Assembly (NCBI GenBank): GCA_002633005.1
Contig: NMRA01000200.1
Span: 1 to 64,000, forward strand
Direction of reading: 5' to 3'
Source of the DNA: Phoronis australis
Lineage: Eukaryota > Animalia > Phoronida
Length of the DNA: 64,000 nt
The position numbers were made by a program, and so were the translations under genes. The notes under the pieces were generated by a model, which was not told where the DNA came from, searched no databases, and was given only the letters and a program-made list of their open reading frames with translations. Shown in pieces: positions 48,576 through 60,659 of the stretch. Positions within the stretch are counted from its first letter, which is position 1; each line of letters opens with the position of its first letter.

Positions 48576-49052
48576 GTCAAATAAAATGTTAAGCATAGGC
48601 TAGGAACACAAAAAATTCGTGTCCCTAAGAGTGAAATTAGTTGGGGAAAAACATGTTACGAAAATGCTTTCCAGCAGACGGGCCGTTATAGCAAGTGTTT
48701 CTCGTTGTTTTTATTTTCACTGAGCGTCTGGTACTCCGTGTCACGATATGTTTCTTGTATTCGGCAGTTTTTCGAAGATCCGGTTTTGCACCACAATTAA
48801 GTTTCAAGTGAAACTGAAGGCTGTTACTAATTTTTTAGTTCCGCATTGAACTGTGCGTTGATTAAGCACATGCCGGATTAAAACCCGATTTGAAACGTAT
48901 GACGAGCTGGAGTGATTGTCCCTGAAAATGAAAATGCCATCAAGCTGCTTACGCATCAGGCCTAGGTTTTCCAGCTGTATGTTTCGGCGGTGTGGTTACT
49001 ACCGTACGCGTGAGATTCCAGATATTATTTCCTCAGTTCTCCCCCCCCCCCA

Positions 49053-49169
49053 TTGAGCCTGGTCCTGCTCATACTGACAATGAGCCTGGTCCTGCTCATG
49101 CTGACAGTGAGCCTGGTCTAGTCCTGCTCATGCTGACAATGAGCCTGGTCCTGCTCATACTGACAATGA
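49053..49169. repeat. 27-bp minisatellite (tgagcctggtcctgctcatactgacaa) x~4
   Basis: Direct observation. Confidence 0.9.
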
Positions 49170-49367
49170 AATCTGACCCCAGGCGTTAGTTTTATTCGAA
49201 TCAACTCGCGCACAAAGCTTTATTACTAACTGAAAAATGCCTTGCACGGTGCTGTTAGAAAGTTGATATCGCGATATGTTTATCGTTATCATGTTAATTG
49301 CTAATGTTAAAGCGGGTAATACATACTTGCGTTCCGTCAAAGAAACAAGCTTTAGTTTGGACTACTA

Positions 49368-49570
49368 AAATTGGTTTCAACTTGTTCCTTGCTCAGGTGG
49401 GGAGTGATTTAAAACAAAGAACGAACGGTTCGTTATTATTTGACACCACGCTTGGCGCCTGGAATGGCAGGTCGTGAGAAATTGTAGTGTCAAGCAATAA
49501 CGAACTGTCAGTTGTTTTGAAGTCCTGAAATCACATCCAATTTGACTAAGGAGTAATCTGACACCAATTT
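49368..49570. mobile_element. Degenerate fold-back MITE-like element
   Basis: aaattggtttca..tccttgctca..gtgattt..gttcgttattatttgacaccac versus gtagtgtcaagcaataacgaac..aaatcac..tgactaagga..tgacaccaattt. Confidence 0.5.
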
Positions 49571-49814
49571 CATATCTGTGAGTGTTGATTTTTATGAAGC
49601 CGGGCGGGATAAAACCGCTTTTATATTAAATATGGTTTGGTCATGACATTAGTTTATTGATTGATTGCACTGAAAGACGAGATAACGCAATCAGTTTTTT
49701 CTAAATTCAATAAAACAAATGGAAAAGACGTTCACTCGGTTATTACCTTCTACTTACTTACAAATACCAAAGGGTGTCGCATTTTCACGCTGGTTTAAGA
49801 ATTACATATTTACA

Positions 49815-50039
49815 TAAATACTAATAAAACTAATAACATTAATACTAACACTAATACTAATACTGCTAATACTACTACTACTACTACTAATAATAATAAT
49901 AAAAAGAAGAAAACCAATAATAATAACAGTGATAAAAACAAAAAGGGTAATTAGTTATTTTAGTTTTTATTGTCATTGTTATTGTTATCATTGTTGTTTC
50001 TGTTGTTGATATTATCATTATCGTTGTTTTTTGTTGTTA

Positions 50040-50076
<37 letters not shown>

Positions 50077-50090
50077 CATGATAATAACAT
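49815..50090. repeat. Compound AAT/ACT then ATT/GTT low-complexity tract
   Basis: Direct observation. Confidence 0.9.
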
Positions 50091-50409
50091 TAAATCTGTA
50101 CTAAAAGTTAATTATAAGTATATTCTGTCAAGTGCCAACTGGCGCAGATAACTACACTGAATGTATATTTTTTCAGTCAGATGAGAGATAATTCTGTGAA
50201 AATCTCTTGTACCGTGATTCCAAGGATAAACCTTGAGCTAGTTATGTTTCTAATTTCGATGATGCATGAGCGTTTTCGAAATTCCGAGAAATTGCTTTTT
50301 ACTGTCCATCACGAGTTCTAGCCATAGAATGAAAAATTATGACCAGCCATTGTTTTTTCTTGAGAATCTCTTAGTGACAAGTCATCGTGATGAATACAGG
50401 GTAGAAATC

Positions 50410-50592
50410 AGTAACGTTAAGACCTACGCTAGCACCTACGCTAAAAGGACCTACAATAGGACCTACGCTAGGACCTACGCTAGGACCTACGCTAAGACCT
50501 ACCCTAGGAGGTCTATACTAGACTTGACGAGATTACGTGTATTATGCTGTGTATTTTAAATTAGAACACGTGATTTTGGCTAGATTTTTCTA
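50410..50592. repeat. 12-bp repeat (ggacctacgcta) within a MITE remnant related to 54708-54857
   Basis: acctacgctagg units. The segment cacgtgattttggctagatttt is the reverse complement of aaaatctagccaaagtcacatg at ~54750. Confidence 0.65.
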
Positions 50593-53112
50593 GCCTCGAG
50601 ACAGCTACTGAACTCCAACCAGGTGGAGCGTCTCGAAATTTGAAAAAATGCCGATATTTGGACGGTTTAATGAAATTAACTTGGAAATTAATCTATGCAC
50701 TTTCCACGATGCTAGCGAACGCATTAGGGCCTCATTTACACGTAACGCTGGACATATTTGTGTTAGGAAATTAGAAAGACAGGCTATTGAACCAGGCATG
50801 TTATTTGTCCATCTGGCAAAAGATTGCGAATACCCTGATAAGCAGGACAAATTTTCACTTGCTATTACGACTTACAGAAATGGTGTTTCAGAATCAAAAT
50901 GATTTAGTCTTTATGAAATGTCTGTTCTCACGAGTAACCAGATGACTATATGTTATCAAGAAGGTGCTTACTCTAGAAGCCGTCTGTCAGCTTCGAAATA
51001 ACTGCGGTTCATGAGAAAAGAAAGAAAAGGGATTCATAAGAAAAGAATTGCGATGAGTAAGAAGAGATATGCAGTTCGCGATTAAAATAACATTAGCGTT
51101 ATATTTCAAGAATGCGATTATTTTGCATTCGTGAACAGAACGCTGTCGGTGAGAACGCTATCGGTGAGAACGCCAGTGTGACGGGAAGACTAGACATGGA
51201 TGTGACGTAAATCATCTCGGAGGCACAACTACGAATTACGTCTATGAAAGAATTGCACTACTTGAAACTAGTCGCATGTTTATCATTACATGTCAATTCA
51301 CTAACCATATTTCAAGTCACTGATGTTCTTTTATAGTAATTAAAACCATCCGGAAAAGTCAATTTGATATCGACCATTAAGCGTATTAAATAAAGCGTCT
51401 GCCAAGTAGGACACAGGTTATGAGATAAAGAAAATTATCCATCAATGTTCTGTACGTTATAAAATTGGAAGCACTGTGTTGAACTGTACGTAAAATTTTA
51501 AGATATATAGTGTGGGGTGTCTGTAGAAACGCCTTCAAAGGTCACGATAAAACATTTGAAGACCACTTTCACGTTGGATCAATCCATCCCGTAAAAAGTC
51601 TTGTACCATACCTGTACATGCCGGTATTAAGGCCAGCGCGCCTACCAGAAATAATGGGTTTTTTTTCAAAGACAGCTGTTTACTCAGTTTTTCGCATGTA
51701 GGCGCATTCGCCTGACCTTCGTTTAATGACGCAGTAGGCTGTCGTTTGCACAGACGCATGCCTTGCTGTGGATTCGGGTACAACCATTGTCCTGGACAAA
51801 AGCGTGTTATCGTGGCCCTGCCAACATTTTTAAGCGACTTGGTTTAACAAAGCATTTTTCAGATGATAACTCAGCTAAGGCGTTGTGTTTGGCTCATTTG
51901 TGAAGTTTTGTGTTATTAGTAGAAATAACAAATCTGATAATTCAGTTCACTTACTAACTGTTGCAAAATTGTTTTCATTGTTATATTTGGTTTCACTCAA
52001 ATCGTTCGCGTATAGGCGCATGCTTGTAATTCCGGATATATGTGCATCTTCGAATATAGACCCATTAGCCTGAATCCGCCACAATCATCAGTAGGACATA
52101 TAGTCTCACTTCTCATGTTAAACATAGTCTGGTAGCTCATCACCAGACTCTGTCGTGGACTAACCCCAAAATCTACTTGGGACCATCAGAATCTATTTTG
52201 GACGCAGTCTCGCAACCATCATACTCTATATTACCACCAAACTCTACGTTGGCCGGGCACATTCTCGTCAGTAGCCCGACTCTACCTTAAGGAGGCGCTG
52301 TACGTTTCTCACTGGTTTGGCCTGGCGGTGCACACGTCACTGGCCTTGATGTCCTCATTCCGTTCTTTCGAAAACACTATTAACAGCCTGAAAAGTTCAG
52401 TTGTCAGTCGTTTCACGTGAACACTGTTACGCATGAATCCAGAGATTTCGTGTTGTCCACGGAAAGGTAAGCGAGGCTCCAAAAAAGGTTGACAATTAAG
52501 CAAAATAAACACTTCTCAGCCCCGAAATCACCACTTCTCTGCAACTGTAAGCCAATACTTGGTGGTAAAAGCAAATTTCCTCCAAATTATAAAAGTATGG
52601 TTCAAAAGTGTTGCCATCCAACTAGATTGTTGGAAAATCTGTATTGCTTGAGAACTACCCATGAAATCGCAGCAGATTCCTTAGTCGCTGCGTATAAAAT
52701 GCAACAATCCAACACGAGGGCAGCCATTTTGAAGAAATAGGTGTCTACAGGTGAGCTAGTGGGCTTTTTCATTCCCAACATGTTCACAAACGCAAGCAAA
52801 CCAGATTAAGTGAACCTTCTAGTAGTAATGTCTACCTCAAACTACCTCAAAACCGCCGTCATACCTGGCCTGGCCGAAATGTTTAATTCCTAGTAACTGC
52901 AAATTAACCGCGGCTACAGTCTAACTGTACAGTGACACATTGGGCTCTACCATCAGACTCACGGATAGTGTCAGAGCAACCAACAGACTCTCAAACTTTG
53001 ATAGTGTTGTAACCATCACCCTCAACATTGGACATATACCCGGTTCACATGCTGGCTAAAACGTACGCTAGCGTTTTCGTCTAGAGTTACATGGCAGTAG
53101 TCCAAAGGTATA

Positions 53113-53183
53113 CTAGTCAGAAGGTGCACTAGTCAGAAGTTGCACTAGTCAGAAGTTGCACTAGTCAGAAGTTGCACTAGTCC
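53113..53183. repeat. 16-bp minisatellite (actagtcagaagttgc) x~4.5
   Basis: Direct observation. Confidence 0.92.
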
Positions 53184-53414
53184 GAACGTGTGCATGTTTC
53201 TCTGCGTGATTCTTCCGTATGTCACTGAATGGACACGAAAAACAATCTCTAACATTTTCAAAATTGGCGCGTTTGCACTGGTGCGACATCTAAGACGATA
53301 TTTTGTGCTTTTGCTTATACGAAAGAAAATAAAGCGAATAATATTATTGTTGATCACGAATTAAAGCTGCATAGTCTCATTAAATTGTGAAAATGCAATA
53401 TGTTTGTATCATCG

Positions 53415-54209
53415 AAATGGCCACTAGATGGTGCAAAATATATCAAATCCGTCTGAAAACCAGAAAATGCTGTTGTTTGTTTAATAGAAAGCCATTGACC
53501 AAATTTCATTAAAATTCGTCGAGGAACTTCAGAGAAACAGAGGAAAACGAAAAAAAAAAAATGAAATTGTCACTAGGGGGGCACAGTGTTCGTCGGTTCC
53601 GTCTAAAAGTCGTCGTCTTCTCTTGTTAACTTCATATAAATACACGTGCTAAATTTAATAAAGATCCTGCAGAGGGCTTAGGATATACAGGTATGGGTGC
53701 AAAAAAAAAACAAAACCGCCTCTAGGAGGCACCACAGTAGTCGAAGTCATCGGAAAATCGTCAACAGTTTTCCTCATAATAAGAACATACATGCCAATTT
53801 TCACAATCATCCTTAAAGTGGTTTGGTTGTTAGAGGGGCGGACGCCAAAAAAAAACAACTCGAAAACAGTAAAAATGGCCACTAGATGGCGCAAAATGCC
53901 TCGAATCCATCCGAAAATAAGAGGATAGCGTCAACTCATTAAAAGATACCTTTGTACTAAATTTCACGAAAATCAGTTGAGGACTTTTGAAGAAACAGAG
54001 GCAAACGTAAAAAAATAAAATAGCTACTAGAGGGCACAGTGGTATTCGGGTCGGTCCGAAACTCGTTGCCCTCTGTCGTCAACGCCATAGGAACACACTT
54101 GCCAAATTTCAATAAGATCCTGCAAGGGATTTAGGAGATACAGCCGCGGACGCCCAGACAGAGATGACGGCAATATGCGACCACATATAAATATGTGGGC
54201 GCATAAAAA
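53415..54209 (-). mobile_element. HINE-like element copy 3, same family as 266-1477
   Basis: 54122-54209 is the reverse complement of 266-370 (gacagagatgacggcaatatgc..cacatataaatatgt..ggcgcataaaaa). The subunits are colinear with 420-1070. Confidence 0.8.
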
Positions 54210-54707
54210 CGCCATAGTCGTAAGGGTCACTTGCTGGGGCTTTGCTGGTGGTTTGAATTATCCCATAACTATTGGGGTTTCCTCCAGAAACCTAGCCAGA
54301 CCGCTTACTTCAGAAGACACACATGCGTAGGCGTAACAGGTCCTATCGTCACATCAATCACTTTATGCCAGAGAGTGAAAGGGCTTTGACTCGGGTGGTA
54401 AAGAAATAAACAAATTACCCCTTCGCGGACTCGTCTCAGTTTTTGGCTATAACTGCAACGTCTTCGCCAGTGAACCTAGTATTAGACTTGACAATGGGCA
54501 TATTTACGTTTAAACTAGTTTTATATCGATAAGCAGTCAAAAACGAAATTCTATTCCTTTGTCGCAAGTGTGATCAATGGTGACTCATGGCTAAGACGCC
54601 ACATGCCAAACCTTTGAGGAGCGGATAAGAGTGAAAGAGGATTTTTGTCCAACTTCCCCTAGGGTCATGCTGGTACACAATTACTGCACAGCGGGAATAC
54701 GTACCTG

Positions 54708-54857
54708 GCGTGCGTTCAGTAACGCTTGGACCTACGCTAGGACTTAGCTAAAATCTAGCCAAAGTCACATGATCTCATTTAAAATACACGGCAATATCTC
54801 ACGTAATCTCGCGAAGTCTTGCTTTTTAGCGAGGTCCTAGCGTTACTGAACGGGAGG
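54708..54857. mobile_element. PIF/Harbinger-like MITE with a CTG TSD
   Basis: ctg|gcgtgcgttcagtaacgcttggacct ... aggtcctagcgttactgaacgggagg|ctg. Confidence 0.55.
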
Positions 54858-55314
54858 CTGACTGTAAGACCTCATGCTGGTTTTTCACATGCAGGACTCT
54901 AGACCTTGTTCCAGATTATGCGACAAAAATGACTATTTTGTCTCCCTTCTGGAAACCCGCATGTGGTCTACTGTCAGCGCTGCAACCGTTACAGACATAA
55001 AAGACGCATACGGAACGTGGCGTTCAGTTAGGTGGCATTTTTACCAAAGAATCCCTACGTCAGCTGGGTGCCGCGAATGTGCGATTTCCAATATATTTCC
55101 TTTACAAATTGATTCCCTATCAATGGTAATTCGACGCTCAACTGTTCTTGTTTTACAACTACGAAAAATCTATACATAAGGGATTTATTGTTCATATTTT
55201 TAAAATTGGTTCCAAAAGATGCATTAATTTTTGAAAACATGGCACCTATTCTTTACTGGGTTTATTGGTTTTAAAAGACAGACTCCTTTCCAACAATCCC
55301 AAAAGAAGGTTCAG

Positions 55315-55560
55315 GGCCCCGTTCCAAGAACACTGACTTAGCTAAGACAAATCCTAAATTTCAGCCAATTTTAAGACAAAATTAAATTTGTCTCAAGTCC
55401 GTTTCAAGAAAGAGATCTTACGTTTGACTTAAGTTTTTGACTCAAGTTTTGTTTAAGTTTTGACCAGATTACCGGATGTGGAAATTTCAAAGTTTGGAAG
55501 TTGAGAAAAAGCTGAGACTTAAGTAAAAATGAACTTAAGTCAGTTTCTTGGAACGGCCCC
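55315..55560. mobile_element. PIF/Harbinger-like MITE with a CAG TSD
   Basis: cag|ggccccgttccaagaacactgactta ... taagtcagtttcttggaacggcccc|cag. Confidence 0.75.
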
Positions 55561-56047
55561 CAGGTCTATAGATTTAAGCCCTAAAAAGTGAGGTGTTTCT
55601 GTGGCAAAATTCTAAGAAAGGGTGAACTCCGTAAAATGTTACAGTGCACTCTTTGAATTGGTTGTTTTCTTAATTTTCTAGCTCCACCTTCGCCAAAATA
55701 TTGTTGAGTGATCCCGAGCGTTACAAACACATTACGGAATTAAGCTCCTTTGAACCTTGTGCCTGGAGATGCTATGAATTGCATTGGTTTCACGATGTTT
55801 GTCCTGTATTTTATTCGTATCTACTCACATGTTAAATATATTGTTTCAGATATTTCTCAAAAACATTACCATGAGATTACCATAGCAACACATGCACCCA
55901 GTGAACAGACAAGTACTTGGATTCCCCCCGTGTGAAGCAACCTGCGTACAAGCCATTAGTACGGAATTGTCGTTTGGTAAATCGCCGCAAGAAGAATACT
56001 TTGACGTGCGTCAGATGGAGATAATTATGTGAATTCTAGAAGCTACA

Positions 56048-57325
56048 ATGATTCAGCGTAATTGTGGTGTAGTAAACGAGACAAATAGTACCACGGTGAG
56101 AATGTTGACGGACGCCACAGGTGCCGCAGGCTACGACGCCATACTGTCACACTATCCGCCTTATAGAGTATCGTTGGCACTGTACCACTATTTATTGCCT
56201 ATTATTATCATTCTTGGAACATCCGGAAACGTGTTATCCTTTATTGTGATGACCGGAGAAAAGTTTAGGAACAACTCGACCTGCATTTTTCTTGCTGCTC
56301 TGGCAGTTTTTGATACGTTGGTGCTTTTTGTCAGCGGCGCCCGATACTGGATCGGGAAAATAACGGACGTAGATATAAAAATGCTCAACGACCCTATGTG
56401 CAAACTGTTTGGCGGGTTTCTCTATCACTTTGTTCGTCATGTGTCGGTATGGATTGTCGTTGGGGTCACGGTAGACCGGTTCATGCTGATAACGTTTCCT
56501 TTAAAAACTCGCAGTATTCAGCCACGACGACGTGCTTTGTTAGGTCTGATGGCGATATTTGGGGTGTTCTTGGTCACGGATTTGACCACTGTTTGGAGTT
56601 ATGAAATCATAGAAGATTGTCTTTTTAAAAAGGGCGACTTTGCGAAAATGACGACACAAACCCGTTGCTATACCAACGTTTTTCGCAACGCCTGGTCGTG
56701 GGTTGATTTGTGCGTGTATTCTTTTATACCAACCACGCTACTGTTAGTTATGAACATTCGTTTAATGTATACAATCATTCGAAGAGACAAGCAAAAAAAG
56801 ACATATAATTCGAAACCAGCGCTGGCACATAAACCTGTTGTGGCGGAATTATCAGACCTCCCGTCCGGTTCATCCGGGAACCCTGAAAGACCCCTAACGG
56901 GGAGTACCAGTCGCGACGAGGAGTCTGACAGATCTTCACAACGTGATGGTAGTCTTTTGAAAAAGCACGACCACGGCACGACTACAGCAAAAACGTCTAC
57001 TCAGGGTGACAGGAAGAAAAATGCGTTTATGTCTAACGATGACAACAGTTTTCAGGGACTGAAGAACGTTCACTTCACAACGTTGCTACCTCTCATCGTA
57101 AGTTTTTCATTCATAATCTGTACCACGCCGATCACAGTCATAGAGATACTTTACGCGCGGAACTATGAATTGGGAGCGACGGAAACAGCGAATGTTCGTC
57201 TCATTCGCACTTCGTTTTTCATGCTCATGTACTTAAACCACTCCATAAATCTCTTGCTTTACTGCATTTCTGGGACGACTTTTAGAACTGAGCTTGTTGG
57301 CATTTTTAAAAGATGTTTCAAGTAA
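56048..57325 (+). CDS. Class A (rhodopsin-like) 7TM GPCR of the invertebrate peptide-receptor-like group (FMRFamide/TRH/GPR139-like); single coding exon
   Basis: 425-aa intact ORF with seven hydrophobic segments. Motifs: TM1 GxxGN, TM2 LAALAVFD, Cys before TM3 (MCK), TM3 VTVDRF, TM5 YSFIP, long Ser-rich ICL3, TM6 FIICTTP, TM7 NHSINLLLY, helix 8 FRTEL. N-terminal glycosylation sequons NET and NST. Confidence 0.95.
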   Translation: MIQRNCGVVNETNSTTVRMLTDATGAAGYDAILSHYPPYRVSLALYHYLLPIIIILGTSGNVLSFIVMTGEKFRNNSTCIFLAALAVFDTLVLFVSGARYWIGKITDVDIKMLNDPMCKLFGGFLYHFVRHVSVWIVVGVTVDRFMLITFPLKTRSIQPRRRALLGLMAIFGVFLVTDLTTVWSYEIIEDCLFKKGDFAKMTTQTRCYTNVFRNAWSWVDLCVYSFIPTTLLLVMNIRLMYTIIRRDKQKKTYNSKPALAHKPVVAELSDLPSGSSGNPERPLTGSTSRDEESDRSSQRDGSLLKKHDHGTTTAKTSTQGDRKKNAFMSNDDNSFQGLKNVHFTTLLPLIVSFSFIICTTPITVIEILYARNYELGATETANVRLIRTSFFMLMYLNHSINLLLYCISGTTFRTELVGIFKRCFK

Positions 57326-58180
57326 TGGAGGTTTGCCAGATACTCAATCTCTCACAATAGTTCTCGTAAAAAGAAAGTTGTAGGTAAAAATGTAGCGTGG
57401 TTTATGAAAAAATAACGCCGTTTGACTGAGAAAAGAATCGGAATCCTTGAAAAAGGCACCGAGCTCATGCTAAAATTGTACAAAGTGAAGGGCGTTGATG
57501 AGGACTTTCATGTGCTTACTGCGGAGGAATTACGGCTACCCTGAAGTGTTCTTGGCGATTTTCTGCAGGTCTTTAACTCCATTTCGGAGTGTGGTGCAAG
57601 CGTCTCAGACAAATCGTCCTTGGGAATACTTGATACGTTGAAAAATACTAATTATGTTGAAAAAATAACACTGCATTTATTCTTGCACTTTGTCACACAA
57701 ACTCGCAACAAAACAAAAACGTTTGAAGACGTTTGCGATGAAATTCGTTCTTGCTAAAAACAAAATTGGAAATGAAATCATCAAACCTAATTGTGATTTC
57801 TGACACGACATAGCCCTAAATTCTCGTTCCACTAAAAAAAAGGGTGCTTCATGTTTTTTATGGCACCCACAATTTATCCATTCGACAAAGAACGTCGTCG
57901 AGCGCTTCTGGATGTTGCGTTTCCCGTTCGAAAAAAAACGCTGTCGGGACGCTTTGCGTGCTGCAGCGAACATTTCACCTGGCGTTTTGGCATCGACTAG
58001 ATAGCCTGCTCTTCAATCCAGTTGTCTCGTTTTTTCATTCTCAATTGTTCAGTTGACAACTATGCAACAAATGTTCAAAATAATATTGCCTCTTGCTATG
58101 AATATTGCTATTTTCCAGAGTCCATTGTCCTAACACGACAATCATAAAAATGCGTTATGATGTCTCTTGTTTACGTTATC

Positions 58181-58388
58181 ACACTGCATGTACTAGTAAC
58201 ACTAACACACTGCATGTACTAGTAACACTAACACACTGCATGTACTAGTAACACTAACACACTGCATGTACTAGTAACACTAACACACTGCATGTACTAG
58301 TAACACTATCACACTGCATGTACTAGTAACACTAACACACTGCATGTACTAGTAGCACTAACACACTGCATGTACTAGTAACACTAAC
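58181..58388. repeat. 26-bp minisatellite (acactgcatgtactagtaacactaac) x8
   Basis: Head-to-tail near-identical units. Confidence 0.97.
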
Positions 58389-60659
58389 TTTTACTTTCTG
58401 AAGAATTGAGTTTGTTTCTAAATTTCTCTGTAAGTCTTACACAGCAACCAATGACATGAATATATTTCAAAGCTACACAACAAATTATGTTTGCTCATTT
58501 TTATCTACCAGAAATCCATTATCTACAAATTTGGGATGGTTTATTGTAGCAACTAATTTATTTTTTGTAAATGTTACTGACGAATACAATTGTATCAAAC
58601 GGCATCAAATGTCCAATCAATATATAAAGACTTATAATTATGAATGCCAGACTAAATTCTTCGCGGTAACTGTGAGGAATTCATATTTTAAAATCTTAGC
58701 CTTTATCCGGTTGAAATATTTTGAATTATTGAAACTATTCACCTGCCTGTTACACTAATTACTTATTGCTTTTGTACCCTAAATCAACTGACATTTCGAT
58801 TTAATTGATTAATTAATCAAACAATCAGTGCACTCAGCTATTTTTCGTATTTTGGAATTACCCTTGGTTTTTAGAATTAAAAGATATTTTTTAAACCTGT
58901 CAGGTATGCAAAATGATAATTGTCAAGACAAAAAACTATTTATATTTTGCTTCTGGTATAATCATGCACCATCAAGAGCTCAAGATAGGCTTTTTGACGA
59001 CGTGTCTCTTATGCAATTCGGTTAAGTTGCGAAAAGTTTTAGAGACTAAAAAGAAGGCGACACTTTTTCCAATGTCTTAAAGTTAAAATACAGATTAAGT
59101 GTCATCACTTGTCCTAGGTACAAGATTTTGGTGCATGATCATGTGGATATATTTTAAGGAAATAATAAACTTTCGAAATTATTGTAAAACGTCTAGATGG
59201 CTTTACATTACGCCTACCAGCTAAGCAGCTGTAGTACCCATAGCCGGCTACCCGAATCGCCAGCAGATGATCCTCCGTTTAACAATGTTTGGGGCCGTTA
59301 GACAAGTAAAATATTCCAAAAATACAAATAGAATTTGTTCGGAAGAAGTTTTCTTTGCAAACATTCCAAACTTAACTTCCATAGCAAGAAACAACACCGG
59401 AACAAACGAATGCCAAAATTCCCACGCATGCGCTGCGTAACCTCAACCACGCGAGATCGAAGTTGGCACTCCATGTCTAGAGCTCTATGTCACCTTACAC
59501 GTCTGTTAACACACATTTTTATAATGATGGTGCTGCTAAAGCTTGTAAAATGCCTCGACGGCGTGGCTTTTTGAGGTTGAATACATTGCAATGTCATTAG
59601 ACAGTAGGTCTTACTGTTACAATGAAACCAACTGACGACATGAGAATAAGTACATGTACTCGTAGTATTTGACATGTCAGTCTGTAGAAATATACCTATA
59701 CAGTGCAAGTTTGAAGAGGTAAGACCTAAAGAGGCATGAAACGCGAAAGCTCGTCAAAATATCTTTCAAACAATTCCTGACAAAAGTACCATCTCTAGTA
59801 CAGAGTAATCCACTTCCCCGTGAGGAAATTTCAAGAAAAAAAACAAAACTCACGATTTTTGAAATTCGCGCGAAGGAAAAACTCTGTGCTCACCACGGAG
59901 TTTCTAATCTTCCAGCCATTTACGATGAATGTGCGCATGCGCTCAAAGTCATTTGCTTGAACTCGCTTTGACGTCAAAGGTGACATTTCCATATAAGGGA
60001 AATGTGTTACGAATATGTCTTGCCATCCCTAAAAAGACGTGCTTTGACTTGTGAGTGAAAGATCGACGAAGTGGCGAGCAGTTGAGGCAGATTAAACTTA
60101 TGGAGCAGTCCACTCTACAATGTTATTGTTTACACTCAAATCCAATACAACAACCAAATACAATAATTAATTCAAATATTTGGACAAATGGACGCAAATT
60201 GGAAGGTTTCCTTGAAATGTTGACCTATTTTTCTTGTAACCAATCAGCGTGCCCCTGGAGTAATGTTGTTGTTTTTAGTTGATGTAAGCATTCTGAAGAT
60301 GTTGTGAGGGGCCTTGTGAGCATGCGCATTAGTTGATGCCAAATGGGACATTTCGTGGTCTACGCTTTGCCGTGAATATTGCCGACTGAACTAGGATAAT
60401 CTGGAGGTGTTTATGATATTTATTGATTTCGATGTCAACAAATGTAACTAGTGAACGTGTTGCTGTCACAGATAAAATGTTTGAGTTAAATTACTCTCAA
60501 AATTGACATGCTTGGAGTTATTCCGGAAGTGCCCGACAGACGGCCATATTGAATAGCAATTGTATACCTTTCTCTTTATTTGGTGTATAGTTGAAGGCTA
60601 ATTAAAGATGCCTGTGCATGCTCAGATCTATATTTTCAGACCGCATTGACATTTTCAAA

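Noticed and set aside
48203-48603. MYVC/HTYI-rich ORFs
   Set aside because: Translations of the (TATG)n microsatellite.
51537-51820. Possible hAT-like MITE (caaaggtcacgataa / ttatcgtggccctg)
   Set aside because: The TIR match is weak and there is no TSD.
58181-58388. CRISPR-like array
   Set aside because: A contiguous tandem repeat without spacers.
58575-58605. ctgacga-atacaattgtat-caaac as a hammerhead core
   Set aside because: The GAAA box is missing, no supporting stems I or III are visible, and there is no PLE context.
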